Assembly: GCA_964035545.1 (NCBI GenBank)
Contig: OZ037767.1
Location: 7,146,707-7,210,706, forward strand
Origin: Bugula neritina
Lineage: Eukaryota; Animalia; Bryozoa
DNA length: 64,000 nt
Reading direction: 5' to 3'
The number at the start of each line of letters is the position of its first letter. The first letter of the stretch is position 1. Shown here piece by piece: positions 55,601-64,000 of the stretch. A program made the translations under genes and the position numbers. The notes beneath the pieces are model-generated. The model searched no databases. It was given only the letters and a program-made list of their open reading frames with translations, and was not told where the DNA came from.

Positions 55601-58600
55601 GTACTACTGCTCTTCAACTATTCGCAAATACAGGTTCCCTTTTCAGACCGGAAAACTAGCAGGTAAATATCTGCTCAGTTTAGTTCACAAGACATCTCGC
55701 AGGCACTAAGGTGGTGTCTCTCATCTGTTGCAATGTAATGATGCTAACGTATTGTGACTTTCTTGCAGGGTTTCCTACTGACAACATGAAAGATGACGAG
55801 ACCCAAATATGTTCAGAGCTTCTTTTGGATATTCGAAATTTAAAGAAAAATCAGACACTGCACCAGAAAGTTAAACACAGCCGACGTGGTAAGTAAATAA
55901 TGATAACAAGGTACATGTAGAGGATATGGCTGAATATCTGTTCCAGTGTGATGGGGGTCAATCACTGTTTTTGTTCTCTGAACAAGACTCATAGCAGTGC
56001 AAATCGTTGTGTGAAGACAACTCCTTAGTACTTAGTCTCTGATAATACTTGCTCGATACCTGGCTATGATCACCTGTACAGTGACATCTTCACATGTGGT
56101 TTGACTTCTCTCCAGGTGTTAAAAGTCAGCCGACAGCTCATGTGCTTAAAAAGCAAACGCTGAAACCTTCCGGGAGATTTAAACTTTCACTAAGAAAACA
56201 ATCGGGTAAGTAACTTTATAACTATTTACTTTTCTTACAATTCAATCAAAATATTGTCTAAGTTTAGACTAAGTTTTGTTGAATGATAGTTTTCAATATT
56301 GTTGAATTTCTTTTAGCTGCTGCTGCAGTTGCTGCCAGTGATCAGAGTGAGGTGGTTCGTGGTTTGTTGTCACAAATGGTCAGTCGAGTTGTGTGCAACC
56401 AAAACCATAGATCATGTGCTACCATAAGTGGGTGTGATCGGCCTAACAACAATGTCTACCTCAATGCTGCCGAGAGGCTTCCTCTACACTCAGGTGTGTA
56501 TTACTGCAGTGTAATTGTGTATAATACACTCACCTTACTACCATCTCTCTACACGCAGGTGTGTATTACTACAGTGTAACTGTGTATAATGCACACACCT
56601 TACTACCTATCTTCCTTCACTTAGCACACACTATATCCTAATTTTAGCATAGAAATAGTTAGTATAAATTTTTTGAAACGTTTTGTTTATTAAAAAAACT
56701 TGAAACCTAAATGGTAAGTCCTATGAATTAGTAGCATATCATCATGAAAAACTCAAAAGTAAAGAAATCATTGTTTTTATTCCAAGATGCAGTCGTGTAA
56801 CCTTAGCAGCTTAAGGTGCAAAAAATATCACTTTTGCTGTTTTTCAATTTCGTCACATTGTCTGAAGTATACCATCTGATTGGGTCTGCGTGGAAAGCAT
56901 CTGAAAGGGTGGTGTGTGATGTTAAATAACAGTATGTCTATATATATAGGTATATATAGTTTACATAACTGTAATATTTCAGCTCACCTAAAAGCTGGAC
57001 CGGCATTGAGCATAGACAGTGATGATGTGACGGTGGTGACAAGTGACCTACTAACTGAGATAGCCAATAGGGTGTCTTGTAAAATAGACCACACTACCTG
57101 CACAGGAGTGAGTTGTCACGCCTACTCCAATGTATACAGACAGACGTTCAGTAAGAAACCCAAACCTAGTCGGAAGAAGTTGGTAAAAGCTAAAGGTAAG
57201 TTTATGTTGCTGGTTTAATATATTTTGTCAGACAAAGTTTATATCTTGTAAATTTCAGAAAAAAGTTTGATTTATTTAATACCAAAAGTTTTTATATTGG
57301 GTTTTGAATTAAAATAATTCCACTATATAATACTCTAATACCACTGTATAATACTCTAATACCGTTATATAGTACTATAATACTACTATATAACACTAAA
57401 ATACCCTTATATGGCACTATAATAGCCGTTACCTTATGAGTTTTTGTTCTGTAGGACTGTTGAGAATTATTGTTATATTTCAGTGGCAGTCCTCAAATCT
57501 CAAAGTCTGAAACGGTTGAGGCATAAAAAAGGAAAAGCCTACAGAAACGTGAAGGTTTGAATAATTTAGCCAGAATATAGCTTTTTAAAAGGTAGCCATT
57601 TTCTATGTGGCCAATCGGAACTTTTAGCTTTGATAACAAAACGTTTGAATTAATATCGGCAAATTGAGGAAAATTCAAATGATTTGTTTTTCATTTGTTT
57701 AACAGGTTTCTAAAGCAAAGAATTCAGCCAAAAAAGCCTCAGTGCCAGAAAGATGGAGTGATAAAGATGAGGAGTTGTCAGCAACTGAAAATAGTGCGAG
57801 TGAGTGGGAGGCAACTCCGACACCTGCTCGGAAACAAAGTAGAAGGAAATCTGCTCTCGCCTCTACATCATCAGCAAAAGAGGAAGTGACAGGTGCTGTT
57901 TGGGTCTACTGAGACCTGCATACTCTACTTTCTCCTCATACCAGAGAAGTGGTGGTATTATGGTTAAACTACCAATTTAGAAATGTCTTTGTCGTCTCTG
58001 TGCCAGCTCCAAGAAATATGCTGATAGCTGTCTGTGTATGGGTGTGTTTGTGTGGTGTGCCAGGAGATACATTGTGGGCTGAAAGGGTGGTTTATATTGC
58101 CAAAACATTCAATTCTTGAAAGTAAGCATGTGTATAGCAGCGCAGCATTATTAAAGATGTGTGGTTTCAAGAAATAAGCTTGCATGGTATTTTGCCTTGT
58201 AGATTACATTTAACAATGTAAACATGCAATTTATGAGTATTGATTTAATTGGATTGACCTGTATAGACTTTTCAGAAGTTGCATTCTCTCGTTCATTGAC
58301 ACTGGCTACGCCATTTACTTACTCGACAGTAGAGAGACGAATTCCTCTAAACCCGCAATAAATTTTCTCTTCATAATTTATGATGACTCAAGTATCTAGT
58401 AAAACACAACTTCAGTCTTTTCTCAGCTCAGACTATTATATTATATTGTAGAGAGTGGAGAGATGTCTGGCGGGGAAGATGAAGACTCCCCCCAACCTAC
58501 AGATAGTAAAGGTGAGACATTGGTCTACACTACTTAGCCTAACACTGTTTCGGAAGGTCTTTATTCTCATCTGCTATAAAGCAATTACTTTCTGTGTAAT

Positions 58601-61600
58601 ACTGGCAACACACACATTTTCTCATGTGAAATATAACTCTGCTATATATATTATTATATATATAACTGTGCTATATATAGACATGACAGCGATTTAACCT
58701 CTTACCGCACCACAACATAAGTTCACTTTGCAAAGAATAATTAAATAATGAGTTTATACTAGAGGTTCAAACCTCACTGTGGGAGAATTATGTTATATAC
58801 TCTATTCATGCAGTTTACACTACACAGCATGTTATAAAGCAGCTTACACTACACAATATTTTACTGCATGTTATGGAGTTGTCTTCTATAATTCCTGCGT
58901 CTGTATCTGGTAGGTGTGACGGTACTACCGGATCTGGCCGTGGATATTGTGTTGGCTCACACCTCCAGTGACGAGGAGGACATCACTGAACCAGACAGTG
59001 CCGGGGAAATTCATCCTGGCAGACGCAAAACTCTGCGCAGGTACCCGTCATTTTATTATCTGCTAATTTCTATCATTTAGTAATGTTTATGTGTTGAGTG
59101 TTTGTTGAAGCTGGTTGTGTGGTTATAACTCATAATAGTAATTGTTTTTGTTCTCACTCATAGCCCCAGGTCTCTACACGGACTACCATTAAAATACAAC
59201 TCTACCTCAGCCTGCTTTTAGCTCATTTGTTTATTTTAACATCAACTGTGTAGCAGTAAAATTGTTTCAACCATTGCCTTTTCATGTACTTTCGTTTTTA
59301 TCAGACAGCATATTAAATAATGAATATAGATTATTAATTACCTCTGTTTATACCAGACTCTGCACTTTTCTTTATTTATATTTGCATACTTACCTTTATT
59401 TATATCGGATATTATATTTACCTCTGTTTTATCTTATAAAGGAAGAAGAAGGTGACCAAGTCAAAGGAGGAGAGAGATAAGGAGAGGGAGGTGATGATAG
59501 CCAGACGCCGATCTAAACTGAAGTACATGGGAACTCCTCGCAGTCTGGTTCTCGCCCAACTCATCCAGGAAGAGGCACAGAAACAGTGTGCTGAGATATT
59601 GCTTCCAAAAAATGTAAGTCCTTTACCTGCATGATTGTTTATGATTTTGTGCTAGGTCAATTGGAAAGACGATTTTGCATTTGATTTCACCATTAAAGGA
59701 CACTGTAATTAGTTTAGCCCTCATGACCTTAAAGCATTCTGTGTAGAAAGTCAGTGCCTCGGCGGCATTAAAGCGACGTGAAATGCTTAACACGTTATTT
59801 AGAAAGTTATTTGAATATGCCAGTTAGCTAAACATCAATATTCGGTATTGATATATTATCTTTTATAGAGCATTTAACAGATGTTTGTTCTTGTTGATTT
59901 TCTCTAGCATAAGCCAATTCTATAACCCAGATTTATTTTTAATAAGCAAGTTTACACTGTTATTAGTTGACTCAATAATTCAAAATTCATATATTCTGCA
60001 TAATTGAAAGTAATAAAATAGGATGTCAGTTTCAAAGGAGTAAACGTAGACATTTCTGTCAGGAGTTTACAACTCTTACTGATTACAGTTACCTGTGTAC
60101 GAGCCAGAGCCACAGACCACCCGACCTTTTCTGTTTCCACTAGACCTTAGGCTAACCCCGTCTGACATCTCAGACATCGTCCACCAGATCTTCTCTCCTC
60201 ACAGTCTACCTGCAGGCCTTGACCCCCAGACTCTCGTCTCTGAAATGTGTGACGTGCAGAGTTCTGCTGCCATGCCTGATGCGTGAGTATTTTATACTAC
60301 CTGTCCTTTAGACTATGTAGTCTATGTACCTGTAGTCTGTAGTCTATACTCTGTACTCTATACTCTGTAGTCTATACTCTGTAGTCTGTAGTCTATACTC
60401 TGTAGTCTATACTCTGTAGTCTAAACTCTGTAGTCTATACTATGTAGTCTATACTCTGCAGTCTATACTCTGTAGTCTATACTCTGCAGTCTATACTCTG
60501 TAGTCTATACTCTGTAGTCTATACTTTGTAGTCTATACTCTGTAGTCTATACTCTGTAGTCTATACTCTGTAGTCTATACTCTGTAGTCTATACTCTGTA
60601 GTCTATACTCTGTAGTCTATACTGTATAGTCTATACTCTGTAGTCTATACTCTGTAGTCTATACTCTGTAGTCTATACTCTGTAGTCTATACTCTGTAGT
60701 CTATACTCTGTAGTCTATACTCTGTAGTCTATACTCTGTAGTCTATACTGTATAGTCTATACTCTGTAGTCTATACTTTGTAGTATATACTCTGTAATCT
60801 ATACTGTGTAGTCTATACTCTGTAGTCTATACTCTGTAGTCTATACTCTGTAGTCTATACTCTGTAGTCTATACTCTGTAGTCTATACTGTGTAGTCTAT
60901 ACTCTGTAGTCTATACTCTGTAGTCTATAGTCTATACTCTGTAGTCTATACTCTGTAGTCTATACTGTGTAGTCTATACTCTGTAGTCTATACTCTGTAG
61001 TCTATACTCTGTAGTCTATACTCTGCAGTCTATACTCTGTAGTCTATACTCTGCAGTCTATACTCTGTAGTCTATACTGTGTAGTCTATACTGTGTAGTC
61101 TATACTCTGTAGTCTATACTCTGTAGTCTATACTCTGTAGTCTATACTCTGTAGTCTATACTGTGTAGTCTATACTCTGTAGTCTATACTCTGTAGTCTA
61201 TACTCTGTAGTCTATAGTCTATACTCTGTAGTCTATACTCTGTAGTCTATACTATGTAGTCTATACTCTGCAGTCTATACTCTGTAGTCTATACTCTGCA
61301 GTCTATACTCTGTAGTCTATACTCTGTAGTCTATACTTTGTAGTCTATACTCTGTAGTCTATACTCTGTAGTCTATACTCTGTAGTCTATACTCTGTAGT
61401 CTATACTCTGTAGTCTATACTCTGGACTCTATAGTCTATACTCTGTAATCTATACTCTGTAGTCTATACTCTGTACCTGTAGTCTATCTTTGTAATCTTT
61501 ACCTGCAACTGGTTGAAGAATTATGTTATGCATAGCCATAAAACAGCGTCTTCAGTACTCGTTTCGATTGTGTGGGTTTATTGTCATGATTTAAATTAAA

Positions 61601-64000
61601 TTCAGAGCTTGTAATTGATATTAAAGAAGAAAGTTGTTTTAGTTTGCCCGTGTCATCCTTTTCAACAGTTTCTATTATGTTTCCTTTACTCATTTTTATT
61701 GTAGAACTGTAAGCCTGATTGGTTACTGTTGAGGACATTTTTTGTACAATTTTAAATGATAGTTATATATAATTTTTTCATTTCTCTTTCATAATAGCTA
61801 TATATAATTTCTGGTTTCTCTTTGCAGTCAACTCCTGTACCAGCTGTGTATGTACATAACTACCTTGACAACCGACTCATCTCATTTACACAGACTTCTG
61901 CTCACAATATCCAAGTACAGTCACTCTGCTGACCTGCGCTGTCCCCTCCCTGCCTGTAGCAGTGGAGTGTTTGACAACTGGGGGCAGGTTGGCACCCACC
62001 TGCTCCTTCATCTCCCACCTGTTTATGAGCAGCTCATGTCTCAAGCTTTCAGGTTAGTATAGTTCATTACTTTGGCATCTGTGCTTGACTTGCTGTGAAT
62101 ATGTATAGTGTTACCAGAAAGTGGCAGTGTTACCAGAAAGTAATTGTGTTACCAGAAAGTAATAGTGTTGCCAGAAAATGATAGTGTTATCAGAAAGTGC
62201 TAGTGCTACAAGAAAGTGTTAGTGTTACCAGAAAGTAATAGTGTTACCAGAAAGTGGTCCCTTTATTTGTCTCTATGCAAACTCACGTTAAGAATTGTTT
62301 GAATGAAAATAACTAATGATTACTTTAACATCACTTTGATTTTTCTAATTTGAGTTTATCTTGTGTTATGTGTTACTTTATTCTAACAAAGTTATATAAT
62401 ATAATATATTGTGTGTTACTTAATACTCATAGAGATATATAATATAATATAATATGTAATGTAATATACCTGAGTTCTCATCACAGGTGTCTGATCTGCT
62501 GCAAGGGGTTCCCCACATCCTACCACCACAAGCACCACCATCTCACAACTCACACCGATGAGTCATACACACCAGCAGTGCTCGTAGGCTTCAGCAGCAA
62601 CGAGCTGCGGCAGCTGTGGGGCACCCAGGAGTACGCCAAAATGGTATTAGCTGATTGGTCAGTTAACATGACAGCTCCTATGAGAGGTATGCAAGTTCTT
62701 AATTTGTTCACTGGTGGTGGTGCGTGTGTAGCCATGTGGAAAGTTGGTCACATGCAAAGGTTAACCAGATCAGCACAATAAATGTATACTAGTACATATA
62801 ATATGAACACTGTAGATTAGCTTACACATGATCTAATATAATATGTCGCTGGAGTTGTCTACACATGTACAAAATGTGTTTTACATGTAATCGTGTATGT
62901 AATGGTGAATAAATTACTTATTCTCAACATGGAAATTGTAATATTTATTGGTTAGTTAGCTTTTTATATGAACTTTTTGATCACTTTGTGTCCATATTTT
63001 CCCTTGTATCCACAGAAGTATTGTTGATATTGTAGAGGCCGTAGCAGACTACAGTCACTTCTGTACTGATGAAGTCACTCTGTCTACTCCAATCCCTCCA
63101 TCATCTCCTCTTCCTACTGCTGTATGCTGTCTGGAGACTGAAGGCAGCTGCCAAACCACTGCTGACCCGACTCAGTTGAATGCAGAGTCAGCGAGTGTAG
63201 AAAAGACAACTCCCTCGATGTACTCCAACAGTGTAATATCTAACATCCATATGGATGAGGGAGTAGAGCAGAGTATATTCTACGCCGGACCAGATCTGCC
63301 AGCTGTGCAAGGTGATTGCTATACACTACCATTAAAAATCTGATGCAAGTTTATAGTCACTATCCCTGTGAGAACCTCTGATGGAAAGTGGGCTAAGGAC
63401 TTATTCATATGTGGCACAGAAGCAATTATGACTGGAGGCTTTTCCTAACATCACCAATGGTCTTTCCTGGGGTTCAAACCCATAACTTAGCCAAACACTA
63501 TAACCGCTAGACCACGGCTGCTCTCTACAATATACTCCCATTGACCATAGGCTAGCAAATTTATCACTGTGAGTTAGTCTGCACTTGTTTTATTAATAGA
63601 AGTGTACAAAAATTACGGCTGGCGGTGGTTTCTCTTTCACTAATGAACAGACAACTTCTCTATTATAAAACCAATTATTCTACCCCGTGGTTTACTGTTC
63701 CATTAAGCTACGTTATGCACGAGCCTATATTATTTTGCAATGAATTTCTATCATATTGTTGAAACTTTTGAAATTTGTTTCTAATTAACAATGTACATCT
63801 TTTTGACTCTATAAATAAACTAGTCATTTTATTTAGATCCTACGCCGTGTCAGCATGACTCAGATGGTGAAGATAAGAAGACATGTTTGGAGGAAGCTGC
63901 CGACACCATGCCTGTGCAACTCCTTGCTGCTGTGAAAGGGAAGAGTGTCTCTGTCCCCTTTGCCTACATATGCTGGTACTGTGGCCGGCCCTTTGTGGGT
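40663..64000 (+). CDS. Large multi-exon zinc-finger protein: disordered N-terminus, three CHCC-type modules, basic/acidic tracts, >=3 C2H2 fingers; runs off the window end
   Basis: Phase-compatible GT-AG exons: 40658-41964, 43527-43707, 50018-~50638, 52099-52350, 53331-53538, 53797-53994, 54253-54471, 55429-55662, 55769-55888, 56116-56205, 56317-56493, 56983-57195, 57484-57554, 57706-57892, 58452-58511, 58914-59040, 59442-59613, 60089-60282, 61828-62052, 62488-62686, 63036-63311, 63837-end (some boundaries +/- a few nt). C2H2 motifs: CPLPAC..F.....THLLLH, FRCLICCKGF.....HHHLTTH, YICWYCGRPF. The start codon and upstream exons are uncertain. Confidence 0.8.
41233..41485 (+). repeat. Coding 24-bp tandem repeat (GSPEKVEL x6 plus degenerate copies)
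   Basis: gggtctccagagaaggttgagcta repeated in frame inside the 1.3-kb exon. Confidence 0.95.
42050..42345. repeat. Degenerate inverted repeat (old foldback element)
   Basis: gagaaccccaaactactgcac pairs with gtgcagtagtttggggttctc, and ctccagtttagagt pairs with actccaaactggag. Confidence 0.6.
42852..43148. mobile_element. PIF/Harbinger-type MITE
   Basis: Perfect 28-bp TIR gcctagggccacactgtgcgtattttcg, TAA TSD on both sides. Confidence 0.85.
45250..45588. mobile_element. hAT-family MITE (same family as 20298-20636)
   Basis: Same TIRs and body, perfect 8-bp TSD gtttatcc. Confidence 0.9.
45933..46202. mobile_element. Degenerate older copy of the same hAT MITE
   Basis: Diverged ends (gtggttgtccgacaggtggccc...aaaggttgtacacacctg) and a recognisable internal body. 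Confidence 0.7.
48151..48395. mobile_element. Small non-autonomous element with GGTAAAAATGGCAC subterminal inverted repeats and AACCCT-like core
   Basis: ggtaaagatggcac/ggtaaaatggcac at left and repeated gtgccatt..tacc at right. A fragment of the right end also occurs at ~46400-46448. Confidence 0.6.
50468..50578 (+). repeat. Coding 21-bp tandem repeat (ANENHQV/ANQIHQP x5)
   Basis: Directly visible in the DNA and in the translation. Confidence 0.9.
50660..50842. repeat. ~20-bp intronic minisatellite (tgtgatggtgtcagcatat)
   Basis: About 9 degenerate units. Confidence 0.85.
52438..52651 (-). mobile_element. tRNA-derived SINE, related subfamily
   Basis: Minus-strand head with A box tgctctagtgg and B box ggttcgaatcc. 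Shares ggccattggtgatgtta..aattgcttct with the 4531 family. Confidence 0.7.
52865..52909 (-). mobile_element. Ultra-short retroposed element with 16-bp TSD
   Basis: Reverse complement cccgctacctgaacaggacaaagcggagataggtgagaaataaaa, flanked by atagtacctcagttat on both sides. Confidence 0.75.
60312..61490. repeat. 14-bp minisatellite (TAGTCTATACTCTG)n, ~80 units, intronic
   Basis: Directly visible head-to-tail units with no spacers. Confidence 0.97.
62107..62256. repeat. 19-bp minisatellite (agtgttaccagaaagtaat)
   Basis: About 8 degenerate units. Confidence 0.88.
63334..63525 (-). mobile_element. tRNA-derived SINE (same family as 4531-4750)
   Basis: Colinear: gcaagtttatagtcactatccctgtgaga...cacagaagcaattatgactgg...ctagaccacggctgctctc. 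Confidence 0.8.

Noticed and set aside
60312-61490. Possible CRISPR-like array
   Set aside because: Head-to-tail 14-mers with no unique spacers, inside a eukaryotic intron, with no cas genes.

Overview
AT-rich, intron-containing animal (invertebrate-like) genomic DNA. It contains no prokaryotic operons and no CRISPR array. Reconstructing GT-AG exons by hand gives five genes. (1-2) Two complete, tandemly duplicated 9-exon paraoxonase/arylesterase (PON) genes on the minus strand (1497-6767 and 9529-15260), in ~8 kb units, with the tail of a third unit at the window start. (3) A highly divergent MMACHC/CblC-like gene (17022-18972, minus). It keeps the human intron positions and the B12-contact motifs, has lost the glutathione/flavin arginine pocket and the C-terminal cap, and carries many N-glycosylation sequons; this is the most interesting candidate for a new function. 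(4) HMMR/RHAMM (22705-31036, minus). (5) A very large multi-exon plus-strand nuclear protein gene (40663 to beyond 64000) with a phospho-repeat array, three copies of an unfamiliar helix + C-x3-H-x2-C-x4/5-C module and C2H2 fingers. Intergenic and intronic DNA carries MULE-, hAT-, Harbinger- and Chapaev/CMC-like MITEs with visible TSDs, tRNA-derived SINEs, an ultra-short (~45 nt) retroposed element, and many micro- and minisatellites. Family assignments and residue numbers come from recalled human sequences aligned by eye, not from database searches.
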